The position numbers and the translations under genes were made by a program. A DNA stretch of 64,000 nucleotides from Candidatus Rubneribacter avistercoris (GTDB lineage Bacteria > Actinomycetota > Coriobacteriia > Coriobacteriales > Eggerthellaceae). The notes under the pieces were generated by a model. The model worked only from the letters and a program-made list of their open reading frames with translations. It searched no databases and was not told the DNA's origin. Every line of letters starts with the position of its first letter. Within the stretch, counting starts at the first letter, position 1. This document shows, piece by piece, positions 36,759 to 44,843 of this stretch. The stretch is from NCBI GenBank assembly GCA_019115845.1, contig DXCU01000004.1:44561-108560 (forward strand), given 5' to 3'.

Positions 36759-38381
36759 ATGCGGAAGAACCATGCGACAACCGAAGCGCGTGCAGACGCG
36801 GCCCGTCCTTGCGCCCTCGCGCTGGAACGCGAAAGCTTCGTGCTGGCGGCGATCGGCCTGGCGCTGTGCATATCGGCGCCGGAGGCCTCCCGTTACAGCG
36901 CGCTGTGGCACGTCAGCGACGAAAGCTCCCTTCTCGGCTCCGGGCTGAGGGTGGCCTACCTGCTGGCGCTCTTTCTCATCGTGCGCTTCGCGGCTGCGCG
37001 CGGGCACGCGCCCCTCCAACGGAACCGACCGCTCCTGGGCGCGCTCGCCTCCCTGCAAACCGTCGGGTTCGCGCTGCTCATAGCCTCTTCGGCAGGCTGG
37101 GACCTGCCTCCGCTCGCCGCTTTGGCGCGCTCGGCCCTGCTCGATTCGTCGCTTTTCCTGTTCGCCGCGTTCGCCAGCTTCTACGCCAGGGCCAATGCGG
37201 AAACCGCCATCTCCTCGTTCGTCGTGAGCGTCATCGTTGCGGGCACCGTCCAAATCTGCCTGGCGTTTCTGCCGTTTCCCGCAGCGGCGGGCCTCGTCGT
37301 GCTGTTCGCGCCCCTCTCCGTTTTGCTGCTGCGCCTGGCGGACCGCCGCACGAAGGCGCCCGGACCGCGGCACGCACCCCTGCCGGACTCCGGGCAAACC
37401 GCGTTCGAGAACGCCGAGGCGCAGGACCAGCCCCCGGCGAACCCCGTCGCAAACGACGCCAACGCGGCCCTTGCCCGCGAAAACGCCCCGATAGGCGGGC
37501 TTTACGCCGCCATCGCGTTGCTCTCGTTCATTGTGGCGGCCATCCACCTGTCATGGCTGGGCGTCCAAGACGGCGACGCCGCCTCCACGATGGTGCAGGT
37601 GTGCGCGGGCGTCGGCACGGTGTCCGCCGGCAACATCCTACTCGCCGTGCGACGGCGCCTGGAAGATCGCGAGGTGGTGGAGTTCACGCGCCTCATCGTG
37701 CTGCCCGTGGCCATTGGAACGCTGTACGCCGGCTCCCTCTTAAGCGGCTCGCTTGTCGCGCTCTCCGTCATCCCGCTCAACATCGTGTACGTGGCCGTGC
37801 TGCTGCTCGCCTGGCTCGCCCCCTTCGCCTATGCGGAGGGGAGAAACCCCGTCGTGGTGAGCTGCGACGCGTTTTTGGCGAAGCGCCTTGGCGTGCTGGT
37901 GGGAATAGGGCTTTTGCGCGACTTGGCGACGGGGGACTTCGCATGGGTGAACGGGGCACTGACCATCGTGGCCATCGCGGGCCTCATCTCTTTGAGCGTC
38001 GCCTGGTTCCTGAACGCGAAGCGGAGGGCCGACCGGGCCGCCGCCCAGCCCTCCGCGCAGGCGGGCGCCGACGCGGAGGAAGCGCGCGACCTTGCCTGCG
38101 CGCGGGTGGCCGAGCGCTTCCGGTTGACGCCGCGCGAGCGGGAGGTGCTCGGGCTGCTCGTGCGCGGGCGCACCGCCGGCTACATCGCCGAGGCGCTCGT
38201 CATCTCCAGCACCACCGCGAAAACCCATATCAGGCACATCTACCAGAAAGCGGGCGTGCAATCGAAGCAGGTCCTGCTCGACATCGTGGAAGCCGAGCTT
38301 CAACCCCTTGTTGAGCATTGCGCTCAGGAGCATGATGGCCTACGATGGGCAAAGCCCACCGATCGAAAGGACGTCCATTGA
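36759..38381 (+). CDS. membrane-embedded LuxR-family transcriptional regulator
   Basis: Start MRKNHATTEA.. follows GGAGAGGGGAG. It has a polytopic N-terminal domain and a C-terminal HTH (LTPREREVLGLLVRGRTAGYIAEALVISSTTAKTHIRHIYQKAGV). Confidence 0.8.
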   Translation: MRKNHATTEARADAARPCALALERESFVLAAIGLALCISAPEASRYSALWHVSDESSLLGSGLRVAYLLALFLIVRFAAARGHAPLQRNRPLLGALASLQTVGFALLIASSAGWDLPPLAALARSALLDSSLFLFAAFASFYARANAETAISSFVVSVIVAGTVQICLAFLPFPAAAGLVVLFAPLSVLLLRLADRRTKAPGPRHAPLPDSGQTAFENAEAQDQPPANPVANDANAALARENAPIGGLYAAIALLSFIVAAIHLSWLGVQDGDAASTMVQVCAGVGTVSAGNILLAVRRRLEDREVVEFTRLIVLPVAIGTLYAGSLLSGSLVALSVIPLNIVYVAVLLLAWLAPFAYAEGRNPVVVSCDAFLAKRLGVLVGIGLLRDLATGDFAWVNGALTIVAIAGLISLSVAWFLNAKRRADRAAAQPSAQAGADAEEARDLACARVAERFRLTPREREVLGLLVRGRTAGYIAEALVISSTTAKTHIRHIYQKAGVQSKQVLLDIVEAELQPLVEHCAQEHDGLRWAKPTDRKDVH

Positions 38382-39010
38382 AGAAACCGAACCCGCTGTG
38401 CTGGATCGTTCCCATCGGCTACGTGGTGGCCCTTGACGGCCTCGCGGCCACCTTGGCGGCGGTAGGGTTCGTCGACGACGCCAAGTTCGAGGGCCTCATC
38501 GAGGTGCTCATAAACACCTGCGGCCTGCTTGCCCTCGGGTTCTTCTTCGCGAACATCGTGCTGAGCATCGTGCTGGGCGTGCGCGGAGGCGCCGGCCGGC
38601 GCGCGTTTTTGCGCAAGTCGATGCTGCTGGTGAAGCTGGGACTCATCCCCTTCTTCCTTTTCGGGGCCTTGGTCATGCTCGCGATGGCGGCCATTTCCGT
38701 TCTTCCCATGTTCGCGATGTTTGGAGTGATGTTCTTGCCCTTGCTTGCGGTCCTCGGGTGGCTCATCATGGCGGGCGGGTCGCCTTGGAGCATCGCCTAC
38801 GCGGCTCGCATGCGGCGCGACGGGTTGATCTCCGGATCCGAATGCGCGCTGCACATCGTGCTGCAGCTGCTTTTCGTGGCCGACGTGGCGGACGCCATCG
38901 CGCTGTTCGTCTGCGGGCGCTCGCTCGAGCAGCGCGCGCAGACGCCGCCTCCGTCAACCCCGGCGCCCGTCCCTCCGTCTACCCCGCCCGAGGAAGGAAG
39001 CTCGCGATGA
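38378..39010 (+). CDS. hypothetical polytopic membrane protein
   Basis: ORF 38345..39010. The TTG at 38378 overlaps the LuxR stop (TTGA) and follows GAAAGGA. It has 4-5 TM helices and a Pro-rich tail. No family recognised. Confidence 0.5.
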   Translation: MKKPNPLCWIVPIGYVVALDGLAATLAAVGFVDDAKFEGLIEVLINTCGLLALGFFFANIVLSIVLGVRGGAGRRAFLRKSMLLVKLGLIPFFLFGALVMLAMAAISVLPMFAMFGVMFLPLLAVLGWLIMAGGSPWSIAYAARMRRDGLISGSECALHIVLQLLFVADVADAIALFVCGRSLEQRAQTPPPSTPAPVPPSTPPEEGSSR

Positions 39011-39498
39011 CCCTCCGCCCCTTGCGGCGCGCCGACCGCGCCGTCTCCCGCGACGAGGCGCTTGCCGCCCTTGACGACGCGCCGTTCGCCGTGGTGTCCA
39101 CCGTCTGCGAGGACGGAACCCCCTACGGCGTGCCCCTGTCGTTCGTGCGGCGCGGGGAGTCGCTGTACTTCCACGCGACGAACGAGGGCGGCCTCAAGGC
39201 GAAATGCTTCCGTCGCGACGCCCGCGTCTGCGCCACGGCCGTGACGGACGTGCGGGCGTTCTTCGAAGGGGGCGACTTCTCCACAACGTACCGCTCGGCG
39301 CTGGCCTTCGGACGCATGCGCGAAGTGACCGATTCCGTGGAGTTCAAGCGCGCCCTCGTGGACCTGTGCATGAAGTACGTGCCCGGGCACAAGGGCGACA
39401 TCGGCCGCGCCATGAAGGCCGAGGGGCCGCGCACAGCCGTATGGGCGCTCGACATCGACGAGCTGTCGGGAAAGAGCCGCCCGGGGCCGGTCCGCTAA
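39007..39498 (+). CDS. pyridoxamine 5'-phosphate oxidase family (NimA-like) flavoprotein
   Basis: The ATG overlaps the previous stop (ATGA): MTLRPLRRADRAVSRDEALAALDDAPFAVVSTVCEDGTPYGVPLSFVRRGESLYFHA.. This is a typical PNPOx-like split-barrel N-terminus. Confidence 0.8.
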   Translation: MTLRPLRRADRAVSRDEALAALDDAPFAVVSTVCEDGTPYGVPLSFVRRGESLYFHATNEGGLKAKCFRRDARVCATAVTDVRAFFEGGDFSTTYRSALAFGRMREVTDSVEFKRALVDLCMKYVPGHKGDIGRAMKAEGPRTAVWALDIDELSGKSRPGPVR

Positions 39499-39508
39499 CC
39501 GGCCTCCG

Positions 39509-42004
39509 TCACTCCTCCGGCGACAGCGCGGCCCGACAGCGCCTCACCGCGCGCCTGAGCTGATTGACGTTGTTCGGAAGCCACGCATTGAACACATGGC
39601 ATTCAAGCCCGTCCATCGTCACCGCCTCGCGTGAGTAGAACCTCGCCTCCCGACCCTGCGGCGCCTGCTTTTTGAGCAGCGGATGCCCTATCCCGCAAAC
39701 GGTGCGCGAGAACTCCGCGCCGAACAGCTCGTCTTTGTCGCAGATCGACTCGACCAGGGAGCGGATCAGGCTGAGCGTCTCGTCGTCGGGCAGATCCCGC
39801 CGGGACGCGGCGCGCGCAGGCCCCGCCTTCGGCCCCTTGGCCGCCTTCGCCTTGGACTTGGGCTTTTTGGCCGGTTTCGGCTTCTTGGCCGGCTCCTCCC
39901 GGCGCGCCTCAACCGGCTCGGTCGGCTCCGGCTCCTCCCGCCCCTCCCGGGCCGCCGGCTCCCGGGAAGAGGCCGGCTCGCCCGAGGGCTCCCGCGCAAA
40001 GGGCGGCTCGGCGGCGCCCTCCTCCATGTTCGCAGCGCCGGCCTCCCGCACAGGCCCCAGACCCAGCACCTCCAAAAGCTCGCCCAGGGCGTCGGCGCCC
40101 GGCGCCACGGTGGCCACGCCGTCCGGCACGAACGCCTCAAGGCCGCTCGCCCATCCGGTGTCCTGGTAGGGGGCAAGCTCGGTTCGGCCCGCGCGTCCGC
40201 ACAGAAGCCACAGGGCATCCACGCGGGCGCCGTCGGAACCCAAGGTTGACAGCTTGTACTTCACCAGGCACGCCTCAAGGTGCGACCGCGCGTCGCCGTC
40301 CTGCCCTCCCCCGCGCACCGAGCGCACGGTGCGAAACTTCGCATCCAGCACGAAGCGCTGCACCTTGCCGTCCCGCTCGCGCTGGATGAGGTAGTCGGGC
40401 CGCCAGTAGCAGTCGTTGCCGTAGGCGTCGCGCACCGTCCGGTGCAGGCTCACCCCGTGCTCCTCCCGCGCGTCCCCGTAGATCACAGGCTCGTAGAACA
40501 GGGTGAGCCGCTCGCCGCCGCGCGTGAAGCGGTAGACGTTGGCCACCTGCTCCTCGTCGGCGTAGTAGCGCGACCGCAGGCTGTAGCCCACGCGCCGCGC
40601 CGGCTCGCCATGCGACGCATCGGGCGCGTACCCGCTGGCCAAAAGCCCGTCCACCAGCCGGTACAGCACGTAGTACTCGTAGAGCTTGTCCATGCGCCAC
40701 GTGCGCAGGACCAAGCCGTCCCGCAGCATGAGAAACTCCCCGAACGCGTCCCACTTCCGCATGCAGCGGTGGGCGTCGGCGTAGTGGCGCACTTCTTGGA
40801 ACACCTTGCTCCTCCGAGGCGGGCGGTACCCAACCAAGGAGACGCCGGGAAGCGCGTCGGCAAGCAGGCGGCGCAGGCGGCGGGCGCGGCGCTGGAGGGC
40901 GCGCGCCTCCTCGACCAGCGGCTCCTCCTTGCTCAGACACGCCTCCACCACCGCGAGCGCGGGCAAAAGCCCCTCGCCCGCGTCAATGGCGCGCAGGCGG
41001 CGTCCCACCTCGACAAGCTCGGCCACCTGCCGCCTCGCGGAATCCGCGACACCGCCCAAGGCGGCGGCCACCTCTTCAATGAACGAGAGCACCGCGCGGT
41101 TCTCCGGGTTGTCGAAGCTGCGGTACGCGCGCTCGGTCTGCACGCGCGACACCAGGTAGGACGCCCCGCCCGCCGCGATGGGCCCCTTCGCCCGCCCGCG
41201 CGCCTCGCGCAGAGCCTCGGGCGTGCGCGCAAGCCACAGAAGCTCGCTTCGCCCGAACCGGCGCACGGCCGACGCCTTGACCACCTCATCGCGCTTCAGC
41301 ACCCTGCTGTGGGCGCGCGCCCGAAACAGGGGAAGGTTCGCCTCGTAGGTCCGCACAACCTCCTCGCACAGCGAAAGGAAGGACCGAAGCGACTTCGACC
41401 CGTCGCTCACCTGCCCCGATTCAACCAGCGAAAGCCCCGCGCGCGCCTTCTGCTCAGGCGCGAGCAGAAGTCCTATGGCCCGGCTGCCCGCGCCGCTTGT
41501 CAGCTCGTCCACCATCCGCGAGACGACGGCCTCCTGGTCGCGTCGGTCGCACGCGCAGGCTATGCTGTCCGTGGCCAGGGAGAGCCGCGAACCGTCGCCC
41601 AGAATCAGCGTCACCTCCACCAGGGCGAACCCGTAGGTTTGCCGGAAGAGGAACTCCCCGCCCGCAGCGTGGGCCGAACGCAAGCGGCGCGCGCAGGCCC
41701 CTTCGCCGCCCAGGCCCCCGGGCGCGCTCCCCGCCTGGTCGACGCCCAGCGCGACGGGGTCCTCCCCGTTCACCGACAAGATGGCGGAGCGCACGTCCAA
41801 CTCGCCGTCCGAGAGCAGGACCATTCCGTAGGCGTGCGATTCGTGGACGGTTCCCTCTCGCGCCAGCTCGAAGCGCGCGGCCCCCTCGTGGGCCTCAACC
41901 TCGTGCAGGGAGAACGCGCAGCTTGTCTGCGACGTCTCGTCAATCAGCCCCAACCGGTATTTGGCGCGGCGCCTAGGCGAAGTACTGGTAGTAACCGCTG
42001 CCAT
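39509..42004 (-). CDS. McrC-like subunit: DUF2357-like N-terminal region, PD-(D/E)xK nuclease core, Lys-rich linker and an unknown C-terminal domain
   Basis: The first ATG at 42004 follows GAGGTG, and the ORF track start at 42016 is TTG. The DUF2357-like block is FRQTYGFALVEVTLILGDGSRLSLATDSIACACDRRDQEAVVSRMVDEL. The nuclease motif is YWRPDYLI...RFVLDAKF (D...D-x-K). The linker is EEPAKKPKPAKKPKSKAKAAKGPKAGPA, followed by a C-terminal domain of about 110 aa. It overlaps the upstream NTPase gene by 32 nt. Confidence 0.75.
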   Translation of the reverse strand: MAAVTTSTSPRRRAKYRLGLIDETSQTSCAFSLHEVEAHEGAARFELAREGTVHESHAYGMVLLSDGELDVRSAILSVNGEDPVALGVDQAGSAPGGLGGEGACARRLRSAHAAGGEFLFRQTYGFALVEVTLILGDGSRLSLATDSIACACDRRDQEAVVSRMVDELTSGAGSRAIGLLLAPEQKARAGLSLVESGQVSDGSKSLRSFLSLCEEVVRTYEANLPLFRARAHSRVLKRDEVVKASAVRRFGRSELLWLARTPEALREARGRAKGPIAAGGASYLVSRVQTERAYRSFDNPENRAVLSFIEEVAAALGGVADSARRQVAELVEVGRRLRAIDAGEGLLPALAVVEACLSKEEPLVEEARALQRRARRLRRLLADALPGVSLVGYRPPRRSKVFQEVRHYADAHRCMRKWDAFGEFLMLRDGLVLRTWRMDKLYEYYVLYRLVDGLLASGYAPDASHGEPARRVGYSLRSRYYADEEQVANVYRFTRGGERLTLFYEPVIYGDAREEHGVSLHRTVRDAYGNDCYWRPDYLIQRERDGKVQRFVLDAKFRTVRSVRGGGQDGDARSHLEACLVKYKLSTLGSDGARVDALWLLCGRAGRTELAPYQDTGWASGLEAFVPDGVATVAPGADALGELLEVLGLGPVREAGAANMEEGAAEPPFAREPSGEPASSREPAAREGREEPEPTEPVEARREEPAKKPKPAKKPKSKAKAAKGPKAGPARAASRRDLPDDETLSLIRSLVESICDKDELFGAEFSRTVCGIGHPLLKKQAPQGREARFYSREAVTMDGLECHVFNAWLPNNVNQLRRAVRRCRAALSPEE

Positions 42005-44156
42005 TGCCCACCTCAAGCATGTGTTCGACGCGCCCCTTCACAACGGGCAGGCCGTTCACCTGCCCAAGGTCGCGCAGCAGCCCCTCAAGCCGCTCCTCCG
42101 CGCCCGAGAGCAGGGGCAGGATCTTCTGCGCAACGGCGAAGTCAACCGGCGCGTACTGGGACTGCGCCGTCGAGCGGTCCATGAGGCCGTCGGCGGCGCG
42201 CAGGTAGCCCCACACCATCTTCTGGCTGCGCGGGCTTACCGAGTGGCCGTGCTTGGCGCACACGTCCATGACCTCCCGCAGCTTGGCCCGCAGGTCCGCG
42301 CTCGGAGCGGCGTCCCGCCTTGGGCCGAACGTCTCTTGGAGCTTGGCGAACGAGAAAGCGGGCTCGTCCTTGAAATCGCACGGGGGCGAGAACAGCTCCT
42401 CGGCGTCCGCATCGAACACCTCTGGATCAAGCGTAACCACCCAGCTGCGGTCGAGGAAGCGCGGCGAGAGCTCTTCGGTGGTGTGGTCGAAGTTGACGGT
42501 GGCCACGAACCTGACGTGGTCGGGGACCCGAAGCAGGCTGCTGCCGCCAAGCGACAGGTCCACCGCAGCGCCCGTGGCGGAGTCGCACGCCCGCAAAAAC
42601 GGCGCCCAGTAATGCTCGATGGAGCTGAGGTTGGCCTCGTCGAGCAAGAACAAAAACGGAGGCAGGGCGCCCGGACGCTCCTGCGCGGCCAGCTCCCCGT
42701 CAAGCCGGGAAAACGCGTCGAACACGGCCGCGTTCGACTGCTCCATCGTCTTCGTGAGGGGATTGTAGTAGCCGATGAAGTCCTTGTACGAGGTCCAGCC
42801 GCGCTCCACCGGCACCTCCACAAACCGGCAGTCCGCGCGGTTCGCCAGGCCCAGCGCGCCCGCCATGATGGAGGCGAGCGACGTCTTGCCCGTGCCCGGA
42901 AGGCCCGCCAAGGTGAGGATGTAGCCCTGCGTGAGACAGATCATGAGGTTGGCCACCTCGTTGCGGTCCATGTCGCGTCCAGCGCGCTCGCGGATCGAAC
43001 GCTCCAGGACGTCGAGCACCTCCTGCGCGGACAGCGAGTCCTCGTCAGGCCGAAGCGTCGCGCCAAAGACGGCCGCATGCGCATTGGCGGCTGCGACCTC
43101 GCCGGCCCCCGCCGCGTCCTCCTTCGCGGCGATGGACGTCACAATCTGCCTGATCAGCTCGTTTTCAAGCAGCTTGCCCGACACGGCGGCCTCGTCCGAC
43201 ATGTCCGCGACGGCCTGGCGTATCCGCCGCTCCACGAAAAGCTTGCCCTCCTCGAGCGCGCGCTTCTCCGACGAGAGCCGCCCCACCTCCTCGGCCAGCG
43301 CGTCGCGCTCCCGACGGGCGTCCTCGGTCCGCGCCGCCACCTCCTGTTCGAGGGCTGCCTTCTTCGCCTCCAGCTCCTCCTCGTAGGTGGCCAGCTCGCG
43401 CCGCGCGGCGGCCATGTCCTCCGCAGCCTCCCGGGCGGCCTTGCGCGCCTCCTCGACCTGGGCCTGGTAGCGGGCCCGGTCCTGCTCCACCCGGTCGCGC
43501 ACCTGGTCGTTTTCCATCACTTTGTCGTAGAAGTCCCGGAAGTGGTCGTTGCTCAGCACATAGGCGGCCAGCTGGGCCGGATCGGCCTTCTCCACGGCGG
43601 CGCTCTTGATCTCCTCGGGCAGGGAGTTCCAGTCCTCGCTCACCTTGAGCAGCGAGAGCATCCGCTGTCTGCGCTGAGGCGTGAGGGTCATCTTCGCCTC
43701 GATGTCCGAACAGGTGGCGATGTTCGTTTTGAGGGCGCGCATCTGGCTTTTCGTGAGGGGGTCGTCGCCTGTGCGCGCCACCCGGCCCAAAGCGTCGCGC
43801 AGCTCGGCGTCGCTCACCCAGTCGATGGGATCCGGCGCGCAGGCCAGCTTGCGCCGCAGCTCCTCGGCGTCCACGAACTGGGCCGTCACGTCCCCGTTTT
43901 CGTCGGCAAGCTCTATGGAAAACGCGAAGGACCCTTCGTCGAACCCGGCGACGAGCATGTTAAACGAGCTGGACGCCTTGAGCGTCACCTCCTCGCCGGA
44001 GCACGTGCATTCGAAGGGGCCGAAGCAGCGTCGCGCGCCCTCGGACGTGGTTTGCGCCACCAGGACGAGGTTGGTCTGGGGCGCCGCCTCGCCGGGATAG
44101 AGGCGGACGGGATGGTCGAGGGGCGACGAGAGATCGACGTCTTTCCTGGATGTCAA
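41973..44156 (-). CDS. McrB-type AAA+ (AAA_5) NTPase with a long N-terminal coiled coil
   Basis: Walker A LAGLPGTGKTS, Walker B FLFLLDEAN, then VATVNFD and LSPRFLDRSWVV (McrB/AAA_5 order). An upstream heptad-rich segment of about 100 aa reads DRVEQDRARYQAQVEEARKAAREAAEDMAAARRELATYEEELEAKKAALEQEVAARTEDARRERDALAEEVGRLSSEKRALEEGK. The only start available is a TTG immediately after an in-frame stop. Confidence 0.8.
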   Translation of the reverse strand: MTSRKDVDLSSPLDHPVRLYPGEAAPQTNLVLVAQTTSEGARRCFGPFECTCSGEEVTLKASSSFNMLVAGFDEGSFAFSIELADENGDVTAQFVDAEELRRKLACAPDPIDWVSDAELRDALGRVARTGDDPLTKSQMRALKTNIATCSDIEAKMTLTPQRRQRMLSLLKVSEDWNSLPEEIKSAAVEKADPAQLAAYVLSNDHFRDFYDKVMENDQVRDRVEQDRARYQAQVEEARKAAREAAEDMAAARRELATYEEELEAKKAALEQEVAARTEDARRERDALAEEVGRLSSEKRALEEGKLFVERRIRQAVADMSDEAAVSGKLLENELIRQIVTSIAAKEDAAGAGEVAAANAHAAVFGATLRPDEDSLSAQEVLDVLERSIRERAGRDMDRNEVANLMICLTQGYILTLAGLPGTGKTSLASIMAGALGLANRADCRFVEVPVERGWTSYKDFIGYYNPLTKTMEQSNAAVFDAFSRLDGELAAQERPGALPPFLFLLDEANLSSIEHYWAPFLRACDSATGAAVDLSLGGSSLLRVPDHVRFVATVNFDHTTEELSPRFLDRSWVVTLDPEVFDADAEELFSPPCDFKDEPAFSFAKLQETFGPRRDAAPSADLRAKLREVMDVCAKHGHSVSPRSQKMVWGYLRAADGLMDRSTAQSQYAPVDFAVAQKILPLLSGAEERLEGLLRDLGQVNGLPVVKGRVEHMLEVGNGSGYYQYFA

Positions 44157-44571
44157 GCACTTGCATCAACTCGGACGACAGCCGGTGCTTGGAGAGCGCC
44201 GTGAACTCGACTGCGGACTTGCCCTTGGAGAACGTGGGGTTGATGATGCTGTTGAACCGCGCGCCCTCCTTGTCAGGGTAGTTCCTGTTGTCTTGGGGCT
44301 GGCCGTCGTTGACCACCATGATCACGATGTTGCCGAAGCGCCGCGCCATGTCGCTGGCGCTGGTGTCGGCCATCACCATCGGCAGGCAGCCCTCGTCGGG
44401 AAAGGCGCTCTTCTCAAGCAGGGTCAGCCGGTCTTCCTCAAGAAGGAACTGCGGATACGCGAAGCACCGCGGAGCAAGCTCGGACGACGGGTAGCTCACG
44501 TACGAGAGCAGCTCCCGATGAACGCAGGAGTGGAAGTCGGCGATGCTCTCCGGGGAAAGGCCTATGCTCAT
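43960..44571 (-). CDS. upstream ORF of the McrBC-like locus; only the first ~139 codons look coding (probable detached or frameshifted N-terminal module of the NTPase)
   Basis: MSIGLSPESIADFHSCVHRELLSYVSYPSS...GNIVIMVVNDGQPQDNRNYPDKEGARFNSIINPTFSKGKSAVEFTALSKHRLSSELMQ has normal composition. Past about 44156 the frame turns Arg/Pro-rich (..RRRSLVAPRPSRPPLSRRGGAPDQPRPGG..) while overlapping the better-looking NTPase frame for 197 nt. RBS GAGAGGA lies upstream. Confidence 0.45.
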   Translation of the reverse strand: MSIGLSPESIADFHSCVHRELLSYVSYPSSELAPRCFAYPQFLLEEDRLTLLEKSAFPDEGCLPMVMADTSASDMARRFGNIVIMVVNDGQPQDNRNYPDKEGARFNSIINPTFSKGKSAVEFTALSKHRLSSELMQVLDIQERRRSLVAPRPSRPPLSRRGGAPDQPRPGGANHVRGRATLLRPLRMHVLRRGGDAQGVQLV

Positions 44572-44634
44572 CGGTTCGTCCTCTCACGCTGGCGCGAACG
44601 CGGCCCGGGCGGCCGCCTCGCTTGATGATGCACC

Positions 44635-44640
44635 ATTGTA
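44635..44640 (-). promoter_or_regulatory. possible -10 box (TACAAT on the minus strand) upstream of the McrBC-like locus
   Basis: Plus strand attgta at 44635-44640, about 65 nt upstream of the ATG at 44571. Pattern only. Confidence 0.3.
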
Positions 44641-44843
44641 CCGGACGCAGGCGGGCACGGGATCGAAATGCCGACGCCGGCGCGGGATCGCCGCGCACGG
44701 GGGCAGCTGCGGCGAGCGGGAACGGGCGATGTCGGCGACGGAGCCGGCGGCGGCGCGGGACGCCGGAGCCGTCGTCGGCGCGGGACGTCGCTTCCTCCGC
44801 GCGGACAAAGCGGCCCCGCCCCCCCCCTCTCGCGATCGGCCGC

